Positions 39,101 to 48,221 of a stretch of DNA of 64,000 nt are shown here, piece by piece. The notes under the pieces are model-generated. The model worked only from the letters and a program-made list of their open reading frames with translations, did no database searches and was not told the DNA's origin. The position numbers and the translations under genes were made by a program. The DNA comes from Pecten maximus. Its lineage: Eukaryota. Every line of letters starts with the position of its first letter. The stretch's first letter is position 1. The stretch is from NCBI RefSeq assembly GCF_902652985.1, contig NC_047032.1, positions 30,628,001 to 30,692,000 of the forward strand, in the 5' to 3' direction.

Positions 39101-39606
39101 CCATTCATATCTCCTAGAATAAAGACCGTTCCAGTCTCCGTGTACTTATCGTAGAGCGATTCTACAATTTCTAATGTGTCCCGATAAGCGTCCAAGCTAA
39201 AGTTGGTAGACGGCATTAACACTCCGATCATATACAGATCTTGTGAATCCTTAGTTCGGACGCGTATCATCATAACACGATCGTTCCCTTCATTTATTAA
39301 CGGTATAACGTCAATATCCCGTCTCCAAATAAACGCGGTTCCGCCACATCCTCGCGAACTTGCTCTACTCGTCACATCCGCAGGAATTCGTCTATCAACC
39401 CGAGCATATGAAACAAAGGATTTATCTACACTATCAAGGTAAAATATATGCTCTGGTAACAGCCATGTTTCACATAGAAACATCACATCAAGATTTTTTA
39501 TACGCTGACAAAGGTATGTAGTATTATACATTATCCCTCTGGCATTCCAAGTCTCTGTACGAAGAAGTGACATTAGAATGGAAAGTATTAGAAAACAACT
39601 GACCAT
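36106..39606 (-). CDS. LINE ORF2: AP-endonuclease + reverse transcriptase + C-terminal CCHC
   Basis: APE motifs TWNARG, LCETWL, ILGDMN, IDHIL, SDHLPV. RT motifs KSPGHD, YRDITL, QQGFR, LDNQKAFNSV, GVGQG, FLADD. C-terminal CKLCGQ...HFIIQC. Frame is open from 39651; the likely ATG is at 39606. Confidence 0.95.
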   Translation of the reverse strand: MVSCFLILSILMSLLRTETWNARGIMYNTTYLCQRIKNLDVMFLCETWLLPEHIFYLDSVDKSFVSYARVDRRIPADVTSRASSRGCGGTAFIWRRDIDVIPLINEGNDRVMMIRVRTKDSQDLYMIGVLMPSTNFSLDAYRDTLEIVESLYDKYTETGTVFILGDMNGTLSTDYGSKNCVTSNIRGDILGHFMTERQLISINSQNWATGPDYTFCNGAFKSLIDHILVPHNKVDLVGQCSITDDELNNMSDHLPVRFDYKRRPVGSYERESPFAIFNWRKATDKQLNKYKTDVNHAITEMRINPENCTIEEINDCLKSCADILINASIKSLTGKTFKSQLKPYWNYGNLKDLHSAMRRHRNVWLVNGKPRDSHAESYRNYKLSKCDFRREQRKARQAYEQKQFRELQENACVDVGTFYRFVRRRRSIRETCQELQVDGNVIRDSNEIHRVWYNHYAALAKPCNNDAFDDDFKADIEGRLAQIVETAEEKDCELLKDKVTDDEVKQAIKGMKAGKSPGHDSVVSEHCQYAGEGLISFLTTIFNAIVKVEKYPAYFKQGVVISLFKGGKKNKMDVNSYRDITLTSVLQKVFEKILFSRILRRSDDIGFPSPLQQGFRSECGSLTAGFAIKESILHYTDRGSRVLVAFLDNQKAFNSVWIDGLLYKLSQLGFSGKIWRLLRDSFSLVTSRVLYRGRLSEPYDVLQGVGQGRVISAWLFLVMINDLAIELDRGMNGLRVGDIHVPGLFLADDTLVAAASASHLQRELDIVYEYSLKWRMTYNSDKSGIVIFEKSKKRQKFVPKTPFYIGHNQLQYKNGVTYAGLLLTTMLNSDECVCQQMEKVKKLFNSMIGLGIHKNGMSPALSVIIWKNILLPSLTYGCELWNNICRSTTWTDVEILQRKVARRCQGFEFDSPTCVTINCLGLWEIQSHVDKCKLLFWNRLSRGNPNFIWKRIFNARLCDFIVDETITTGFIPDVVGIHRKYQLSILFEDFFFYGDTIGKTSWKKFITNVIHFHQETKWKEVLTERQELSIYSDIHTSLTLHPLYILGEKHPAYTWKLAEMIKLSYLHVKEIVVCKLCGQRGSNVIAHFIIQCGKLQETRDSLLDNVVNVLGTANYVMFADLDETSMTKVILGSRDTIEIDDDAWEQFMLLNSISIAKMTKYLFEIL

Positions 39607-39607
39607 A

Positions 39608-41191
39608 TTAATCGAATGTTTGGTAGGATCTACTGTTAAACCCGTTTTCACCGCGTTCCTCTCTTTCGCTGTTTGGAATCCAAGGCCTTACAAGAACATT
39701 GCTTGGCCAGAATCCTTGGCCGATTACTTTGTCATAGTGATCATTTACAACATTCACCCGTAGTGTGAATGTTGGCGTATTTCCGTTCCTGGCGGGCCAT
39801 TTCTTTAAAACGCGTACAAAAGTCAGTTTAACGCCTCGGTGAAGTGCATACTCCTTTACCTTTTCAATGACGTTTTCATCTGTCGTGTCTCCTCTTACTC
39901 TCGACATAACGATTCGTTTGGTTCTTGGCTTGCGGTTAACACCCGAGAATTGATACCCAGTAGTGATCGTTTCTATATTATAAACCGTGTTATCAGAAGT
40001 GTCTTTCGCGTGTCGTATATTCTCACAGCCGTCGTCCTTATATTGTGCGAATGACGTCACACCAGCAGAGTTTTTGTCGTTATATGCGCTTTTACTCCGC
40101 GTTACATCCGAGTACATCTGCTGTGCATTGCTATTGTCGATAACATTAGTAGTTTGTTGCTGTTGACGCGTGTCATGGTGTTCGTTAAAGACGTCGGAAG
40201 AATCTTTAGTGTTATCGTTGCTCGAGATTACGTCCGTCACATTTCCCATGTCATGATTATCAGTAACTGTGAACGAAGCTACAGATGGAATACAATATGC
40301 TTTGTCTCCCTTGTTTCTTTCTTTTATTTCAGGCAGAGTTTTCATGTTGTTTTTGATATTGTCAATTTTCGCATTTAAGCCTATTAAATCTCTTTTAATG
40401 TCTTTCATGTGTTTTTCATGATCGTCTCCTTGTACTATAATTTCATTATCCTTGCCTTTTAATTGTTCATTATGTATCCTAAGTTCATGTCTTAAGCGCA
40501 TTTTTTCGCCGTTTGCGCGTTCCAGCTCGATTTTCGTATTACTAAGCTGGCTATTTGTTTCCGAGAGTTCGGTTTTTAGTTCCTTTAATTCCAATTTTAA
40601 AATTTTAATTTCTTTGTCTTGTTTCGCTGTTAAAGCTTCTAGTTGTGATTTCATATCGTCTCTCATGTTTATGATTAGCGTAAACAAGTCCGCCCTATCG
40701 TGCACGTCTACGCTAACACCTGTATTCGCTAAGCACACGCGTGCGTTCATACCTGTGTCGTTACCTGTATTACCTGAGGTAATGTCACCGGGTGCAAGGC
40801 TCCTTTGGGATTTCTTTGAAAGAATACTTTTTATTTCTGCAACGTCATAAGTTCCTTCTATACAGGAAAATAGAGTATAGATATCTTCTAATATTTTATC
40901 TTCCGCCCTACTATTGCCATGATTTGTTCGTTTGATAAGTACACCTTGCGGAGTAAGTTCGTTTTCTGAGACAAGATACTCGTATATCGATTGTCTAACG
41001 TGTGTCAACCCATCATCAGATCCTTTATAGATGCTACAGAGCGATTGTTTAAACTTGACCTTATCAAGATTACCAACAGTATCTCTCAAATTAACATAAA
41101 CTTCTTCATTTGTTTGCTTTTGTGAAGCTGAAAATGAAAGCTCACCTTCTTCGTCATCCCCGTTGGGAACCTCCACTACTTGTTCAGCCAT
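39608..41191 (-). CDS. LINE ORF1 (coiled coil + C-terminal RRM-like domain)
   Basis: 527-aa open frame directly upstream of ORF2; central heptad-rich region (KILKLELKELKTELSETNSQL); C-terminal FWPSNVLVRPW motif typical of ORF1 proteins. First ATG is at 41191 (41194 is GTG). Confidence 0.9.
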   Translation of the reverse strand: MAEQVVEVPNGDDEEGELSFSASQKQTNEEVYVNLRDTVGNLDKVKFKQSLCSIYKGSDDGLTHVRQSIYEYLVSENELTPQGVLIKRTNHGNSRAEDKILEDIYTLFSCIEGTYDVAEIKSILSKKSQRSLAPGDITSGNTGNDTGMNARVCLANTGVSVDVHDRADLFTLIINMRDDMKSQLEALTAKQDKEIKILKLELKELKTELSETNSQLSNTKIELERANGEKMRLRHELRIHNEQLKGKDNEIIVQGDDHEKHMKDIKRDLIGLNAKIDNIKNNMKTLPEIKERNKGDKAYCIPSVASFTVTDNHDMGNVTDVISSNDNTKDSSDVFNEHHDTRQQQQTTNVIDNSNAQQMYSDVTRSKSAYNDKNSAGVTSFAQYKDDGCENIRHAKDTSDNTVYNIETITTGYQFSGVNRKPRTKRIVMSRVRGDTTDENVIEKVKEYALHRGVKLTFVRVLKKWPARNGNTPTFTLRVNVVNDHYDKVIGQGFWPSNVLVRPWIPNSEREERGENGFNSRSYQTFD

Positions 41192-41949
41192 CACAGCATA
41201 TTGTTCATACGTTTTTGGTGAAATATCACATAAATAATGTCACTTTGATCTCTCCAAAGGTTTACATGAGTGCATATGTCTCTTACACTTCCAATATGTA
41301 GATTTCCACGATACCAGCCAGTAATAAACACACAAGAATCTATGTTTTTCTTGGGGTTCAACACAACACCTGTGGTCACTTGACACACACACCAGCCGTC
41401 CTCGGCTCCGTGACAAATCTCGCGATAAATATAAATGCGGCGAGTTATTTATATACACTGATGTCTCAGGGACTCCCCTGGTCAAGCGTCCAGCCCAGTG
41501 GTCATTATAATGTTAGGAGAGCGTGAATGATCATCTTGGATTGCCATTAATACATGTGTGCAACTAGAATGTTAGGTTGTTTGGGAGTATATGTGGCTTT
41601 AAGTAAATGGATTATAATGACACAGTAGCAATACCATGTTAAGATTGAATGTCAGGAGAATCGAACATAATGATGGAAAGCGAACAAAACCAAAATGATT
41701 CCTTAGTTACGGGTTCAAAATAACACACTGACTACGTCAAATTTTTAGAATTTGGAGTATTTCTAGATCCTAAATAATAGTGAGATTAAGGTATTTCTTG
41801 CCAAATTCTGAGCAGCCGGGTAATGTGGTCGCCCCACCTGGCTGGCGGTAGGACGGGCAGCCCGGTGACCGGCCCGACTGAGCAGCCGGGTAATGTGGTC
41901 GCCCCACAGAGAAATGTATTCAACAACGAGAAAAAATACTAGAGCTCCA

Positions 41950-42340
41950 AATAAGGTCCATGAAAGACAATTTGCTTTTCTCCGGAATCTCCGAAAATGA
42001 TCCAAATGAGAATTTTGAAACGGTATTGAAGGAATTCATCAAATCTGAAATTGGCGTTGATGGTGACATCGAGTTTCAGGTTGTCCACAGGCTAAGGAAG
42101 CGCCTAGATGGCAAGCCTCGGTCGATTGTGGCTAAATTCGCGAAGAGGAAAGGCCGCGAAACTGTCTTAAATTCAGCGCCTAGCCTACGCAACAAAGTTT
42201 TTTTTCTGTAAATGAGCAGTTTCCCTAAGAAATAAACAATAGACGACGGTCACTGTATCCTGTCTATAGGGAGGCTCGTAGCAGAGGGCAAAATGCCCGG
42301 CTGTAGACAGACAAATTATTCCTTGATGGAAGGCTCTACA
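41950..42340 (+). mobile_element. Decayed LINE ORF1 C-terminal fragment
   Basis: MKDNLLFSGISE...FQVVHRL...PRSIVAKF, then VNEQFP*EINNRRRSLYP, with stops and frameshifts. Confidence 0.75.
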
Positions 42341-42519
42341 ATCCGCCCTCTCAAGCCCGTCTACGACATCCTATGAGGCCCGCCATGTAATGATACAAGT
42401 GTAATTGACTATATCTGTTATTATCAAATTAACTATGTAAAATGGAACACTGACAAAGTAATGAACTGTGTTAATTATATCGAAGGGGATGATAATGGTG
42501 CTTTTACACTGGCTGGCTC

Positions 42520-42870
42520 GTTGGTCAGAAAGAGACTCGAATCTGGACAAGTCCAATGCCATGTCAACTTTACTACTACCGGTACTGTTTCGTTGTCTCT
42601 TCGACTGAACCAACTGGAATCCACTGCTGTCGTGGCCATTTTGAGCACTGCCGTCACCGGGTAGGTCCCGCTCAAATCCAGCAAACCTATTTACCCCTCC
42701 AACGTTACTCCTTGAGGCAGAGTTTGCCCCTCTTCCTCCTCTGACCTGGCAACCCGACCGTCTTCCACTCATTTTTTAGCAGTTAAAACGTTTCTTTAGC
42801 ATAAAATAAAGAAATAGTTTACGAGCCGATGTTCTATCCGACTTCCACCATACCTCGTGACGTCACACAA
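42520..42870 (-). mobile_element. LINE 5' end / ORF1 N-terminal fragment in inverted orientation
   Basis: MSGRRSG...FQLVQSKRQRNSTG...FESLSD resembles the N-termini of mollusc LINE ORF1 proteins; preceded by a short UTR. Confidence 0.45.
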
Positions 42871-44350
42871 CACCAAACAAATCTTACAAACAAAACTATT
42901 CTTAAAAATACTGGAACAGAATATAGGAAAACGTTAAATAAATCCTATAGAACTCACCAAGCGAAAATGGAAAAAGAATTACGAACCGCTTCCAAATCAG
43001 AACCGAAATCATTCTGGCATATTCTAGGTGAAATTGACGGAACTAGTTAGGGGCAGAATATTGATCAAAATACATGTAATCTTAACAAGGGAGATAACTC
43101 TAATGAAATCTTTGATAGTGAAACTGAATATGGAGATGGGAGATTCGATGATTTACTGAATGGTGAAATTAATGAGTATGAAATTACTAAATCTATTTCC
43201 AGTTTAAGCAACAATAAGGCTCCAGGTTATGATGGAATCTTAAATGAGTGACTAAAAGCCGCTGTAGAATTATTTAAACCATTATATTATAAATTATTTG
43301 ATGCCATATTTAATACAGGCTGCATACCCGATTCCTGGGAGGTAGGGGTAATTAAACCCATATATAAACGTAAAGGTGATCCTGATTACTTAGACAATTA
43401 TAGAGCAATAAGCCTTGTCTCGTGTCTTGGTAAAGTGTTTACATCTATTCTTAAAAGCAGATTAAATAAGATGGCTGATGAAATAAATCTTATAACTTAT
43501 GCCCAGGCTGGATTCAGAAATAATCATTCTACTACTGATAACATATTTAATCTTCATGTCTTAAAACCTATTTATTTCTCACTTGGAAAAAAGTTATTTT
43601 GTATATTTATAGACTTCAAAAAAGCCTTTGAGTTGGTTTGGAGACTTAAGCTATGGAAAAAAGCCCAGAAAAGTAATATAACTGGGAATATATTCAAAGT
43701 TATTTATAATTAATATGCAAATGCCAAATTCTATTTAGAAAATGGAAATAAGATATCTGAAATGTTCAATTGTAATATCGGGGTAAAACAAGGAGGAAAT
43801 TTATCGCCATTTCTATTTGATATTTACCTGAATGATCCAGAAGACTTTCTTGGAGAAAAAGGCGTTAATTGGTTACAAAAAAAAAAAAAAAAATTAGAAA
43901 ATTTAAGTGAAAAAATTGAAACTTATATCAATACAGTAATTATGTCTGAATCGACCGAAGAACTCCAATGAGCCCTGAATACATTTGACTCCCTCATATT
44001 ACCGATACTTTTGTATTCAGTAGAAGTATGGGGCTTTGAATATTTAAGTGTCATCGAAAAACTACATTTACAGTTCTGCAAGCGTATACTAGGTATTAAA
44101 AAAGTACACCAAACTACATGGTATATGGTGAGATCGGGAGATTTCCATTATATATAGAAGTTAAAACAAGAATTATTATGCTTTGGCATAATTTGATAAC
44201 TGGTAGTAATCTGTCTTGTGCTATGTATAACTTAATGTTTAATTTACAGACAATAGGAACTATGGATTTCAAATGGTTAAAGAATGTTCAGAATGTATTA
44301 ATAGAAACTAGTAGTAACCAAATCAATGAAACACAACAATATTGTGTTAA
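42870..44350 (+). mobile_element. Decayed RTE-X-like LINE ORF2 (RT) fragment
   Basis: NNKAPGYDGILNE*, DNYRAISLVSCLGKVFT, QAGFRNNHSTTDNIF, FIDFKKAF, GVKQGGNLSPFLF, VYGEIGRFPL; multiple stops and deletions. Confidence 0.88.
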
Positions 44351-44464
44351 ACTGAAAATAAAAATGTTCTCATATAAAGGGAGAAAAGCTGAAAAAGAAA
44401 ACCACAATTTAACCCAAACATATAATGTTAAACAAAAATGAAAACATGACCCAAATATAAATGG

Positions 44465-44688
44465 TTATTTAAGCATTGAACGGCTTTCAGTTGGCATTCA
44501 TATTAACTATGAATGCCAATTGAAAGCCGTTCAATGCGTATATTTACCATCTGTGATTTTTTATTTGTCGTGCGATTTTTTTTGGAAATTTTCAAATTCA
44601 AATTTCAGTTGGCAGTTCATAAGCTGGTGAACTCGCAACTGAATTGGTAGGGTTATATAGTGGCAGTGCCATACAATGGTAAATATAA
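44465..44688 (+). mobile_element. Small non-autonomous element with terminal hairpin and internal complementary region
   Basis: 5' ttatttaagcattgaacggc...; hairpin of about 33 bp per arm; internal gccgttcaatgcgtatatttaccat; 3' caatggtaaatataa. A second copy lies at 13418-13670. Confidence 0.8.
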
Positions 44689-44799
44689 CGAAATGAATGA
44701 AATCAATCCATATAGGATTTTACTGTAACTAAAATTTGTCCTACACTCATATAGGAGGAAGAGCTGTACAAACATTATGGTTAAATAAACGTGAAAATA

Positions 44800-45452
44800 T
44801 TACCCAACTATATAGGGTAATATATATCTGTAAACTGAAACCCAATAATGAAGGGTTTAAACCAAAATTAAATATGTCCCTACATTTAGGGTAAATAAGT
44901 GTTAAAATTGAACCCAACTATATAGGGTAATATATATCTGTAAACTGAAACCCAATGATAAAGGGTTTAAACCAAAATAAAATATGTCCCTACATTTAGG
45001 GACATTTAGGGTAAAATTGAACCCAACTATATAGGGTAATATATATCTGTAAACTGAAACCCAATGATAAAGGGTTTAAACCAAAATAAAATATGTCCCT
45101 ACAATTAGGGTAAATAAGTGTTAAAATTGAACCCAACTATATAGGGTAATATATATCTGTAAACTGAAACCCAATAATAAAGGGTTTAAACCAAAATAAA
45201 ATATGTCCCTACAATTAGGGTAAATAAGTGTTAAAATTGAACCCAACTATATAGGGTAATATATATCTGTAAACTGAAACCCAATGATAAAGGGTTTAAA
45301 CCAAAATAAAATATGTCCCTACAATTAGGGTAAATAAGTGTTAAAATTGAACCCAACTATATAGGGTAATATATATCTGTAAACTGAAACCCAATAATAA
45401 AGGGTTTAAACCAAAATTAAATATGTCCCTACAATTAGGGTAAATAAAGGGT
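44800..45452 (+). repeat. Tandem repeat, 110-bp unit, about 6 copies
   Basis: acccaactatatagggtaatatatatctgtaaactgaaaccc... recurs at 45131, 45241 and 45351. Confidence 0.96.
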
Positions 45453-45869
45453 TAATCAACAATTTTGTAGTTGCATAGACAATCTCAATAACATATATTA
45501 TGATCAATCCACCACTTTGTAAAACTCCAGTGTAATTACCGGACAAACTTTAACATATAATCATTATAATACCAGTGAACTTCATCATGGCCATATGTAA
45601 TTTAGAGATTGTCATGTAGCTACAAAGATATCATCACTGACAAACACATTGATAACGCACTTGACGTCTGTATTTAGCTCAACGCTGTAACCATTGCAGC
45701 TCTCAAATTATTGAAATACTTCGTATGTACACCATCACTATATCGTACACAAGCCACCAGCATTCAGACGCCCAGAATCCAGATAACCAAAACATGCATA
45801 CCCGTCCGGTCCTTTAAAACATGTCCCTAACCGAGTAATTAACTCACCAGCCCTGCTATTGAACCAAAA

Positions 45870-46462
45870 AGTGTGCAAAAATATTACTGGCAGAAACCTT
45901 CAATGTTTAAATTGATACAGCTATTGAATGTAAATAATGTCAAAGAGCTAACTCGTTTAGGCAAATTTATTTTCGAAGCTAATAAGATTCGAGCCGCATG
46001 TCTTTAACTTTTTCACTTTCCCCTACATTCGCTCCATATATTTTAACTTGATACACATAAGTATTTCACCATACAATCAGATCTGCCTGATCTCAACGGG
46101 GGATGTGCGAGTTTCTGGTAGGGGTACCCCCAACCACTCTCGCATCTCCCTCGCCGTTGAGATCATTCATTTGGATCAAATACATAGTTTTTAATATACT
46201 GTTATTATATCAATATTATATGTAACCAATAGTACATGGTTTGACTAAGTATAGACTTTTATATTTAATATAACTTATGTAAGTGAATTGTATCATGCAA
46301 ATCTTATTTTCGAAGCCAATAAGATCCTGGCTATATGTACAAACTATGAACTCGTTCTCCACTTTGTAATTTCTATTGCTGTTCACGTATATTACGACTT
46401 TGTATATTATAACATGTGCTAATGGGCAATATGGCCCACAGTTAATAAAGAAATTGAATTGA
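45870..46462 (+). mobile_element. LINE ORF2 extreme C-terminus, 3' UTR and tail (RTE-X-like)
   Basis: KYYWQKPSMFKLIQLLNVNNVKELTRLGKFIFEA; AATAAA + aattgaattgaa at 46444-46462. Confidence 0.6.
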
Positions 46463-46770
46463 AAAATACCGAACGGTTATAGACGGGGGTGCCGATGAAG
46501 GATCTCACATGCGCTAGGTACCTGTCCCACACACTCAGCTCTGATGATATGAAATGGCGGACTAAGTCATTATTATCAATTGTTCGTCCTGATGGAAAAT
46601 ACAGGCTGGAGATGTGTCATATTAATTATCTATGAGCAGTTTTCTACACCTTCTTGGGTCATGCAAAGACGTGTGTAACCATACTAAAAATATCTGTCAG
46701 TAAGTGCCACGTGGGCACGCAAACGTAAATGTACATTTTCTACCTTGTATAGACGTGAACCAGTGACTAA

Positions 46771-47270
46771 ATGGCAACAATGGGTCCATCTAATAGACCG
46801 CAGAAGATCCGCTCTAATAACAAGAATGATTCATGGAACGATAAACTACCTAAAGCCAAACGTCAGCGCTCTGAACACGAACTTTTAACGGATATATCCG
46901 AGTCGGTAGCAATACATGATAGTGAAGTCATGTCTAAGTTAGTCACCCAACTATTGACCAATGATTTGTTTGTTCACTCTTTCCAGGCCTCGGTTGATAT
47001 CCCGAAACTTGTAACCTGTGTTATACAACCTCTGCTGAAAACAATATCTGACCTAAAACACAGAGCTGAAGATGTTGAACAATACAGCAGGCGTAACTGT
47101 CTAAAAAAAATCCGGGATTCCTGAGCCCTCTGATAGTACTAAGGAAGGCACTGATGGAATTCTTCTGAATCTATTTAAAAATAAACTTAATCTCTCACTG
47201 TCGCTAAATGACATCACAATATCCCACCGTGTTTCAAGATTTCACACCCACCAGGACCAATAGGGGAAAC
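46771..47270 (+). mobile_element. Decayed CR1-type LINE ORF1 fragment
   Basis: AEDVEQYSRRNCL, frameshift, GIPE...TDGILLNLFKNKLNLSLSLNDITISHRV. Confidence 0.75.
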
Positions 47271-47817
47271 ACGTGACCTGTAACAGATATGGGAACACTA
47301 AAATGGCCGACGAAGGTGCCAGTTCGCGGTAAGTTTGATACTTTTAAACTCATTTACTGTATCGATGTCAACAGTTTACGAAGTGCACGGGACCCGTAAC
47401 ACTTAATAGATAATGGATATACACAAAAGACATCACTTTATGCTGTAGTTATTGCCAACACTTCTACACCATTTCTCACAGCATGCAAGATATGGAGAAT
47501 ACATCGTCCATAAACATTACAAATATCATTCAAATAGTAATATTTAGCTGGTTAATTGCAGCCTAGATTGTCTAGAGTAATCAAAATGGTAAAATAATAT
47601 GATATGATGTTGACTCTGCTATCAAGACGCTGTATTTGCAGGTTTTCCTTGAAATTATATATAATTCTTATAACTTCAGGAGGAAACTGGAAGGTAGATA
47701 TTTTTTAATGATCAAGTAATTCAAGAAAATTTATTCAACATTTACTACTTATATTTAACTCAAAAGACACACTTCTTTCTGAACAACTTTCTTCTTCCTA
47801 ATGTCTCCCTTGACAAT

Positions 47818-48221
47818 GCCTCACTTTTGGCCTGTAGTTGAGCGTTCGCCGCTGTGAGGAAGGCTTTGGGTTCTGTCCCCTAGCCGAGACATACCAGAGT
47901 CTTTAAAAATGGTAGTTGCTGCTCCTGCTTAGCGCTCAGCAAATAAGGAGTGGGAACGACTGGTTCGCCCGTTGTCAGTATAATGTGACCGGGTGGGGTG
48001 TGCTGCTGGGTGTCTTCGGCAGTATGCTTCAGTGAGGTAGCACTATAAATCGGCAAACGTTCCGGCCTATCACAAGGACCCTTAACACGAACATACCGCA
48101 GCCTCCCAAAACACACATACGCACTCGCCACACGCATGCATGTCGCACGCACCGGAGGCCGTCCTTAAATGACCTTAGCTGTTAATAGGACGTTAAACAA
48201 AATAAACCAAACCAAACCAAA
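47818..48221 (+). mobile_element. tRNA-derived SINE with Meta- and Deu-like central domains
   Basis: Degenerate tRNA head (gggttctgtccc), tttaaaaatggtagttgctgctcctgcttagcgctcagc, gtcagtataatgtgaccgggtgggg...cagtgaggtagcactataaa, tail cgtccttaaatgaccttagctgttaataggacgttaaac + (ccaaa)n. Confidence 0.85.

Larger units (their letters stand above)
35920..41396 (-). mobile_element. Full-length, apparently intact non-LTR retrotransposon (RTE-X-like), about 5.48 kb
   Basis: Two uninterrupted ORFs; about 205-bp 5' UTR; 3' AATAAA + (TATC)n tail; perfect 35-bp TSD at 35885-35919 and 41397-41431. Confidence 0.93.
35238..41598 (+). mobile_element. TTAA-flanked non-autonomous DNA transposon (Kolobok-like, about 850 bp) interrupted by the full-length LINE
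   Basis: TTAA (35234-37) + agccatatactcccgaa ... ttgggagtatatgtggct + TTAA (41599-602): imperfect TIRs starting AG with a TTAA target duplication. Confidence 0.7.

Noticed and set aside
36668-41301. Plus-strand ORFs overlapping the LINE (and 31698..31913 antisense to the GPCR)
   Set aside because: Antisense shadows of long real ORFs with no independent motifs.
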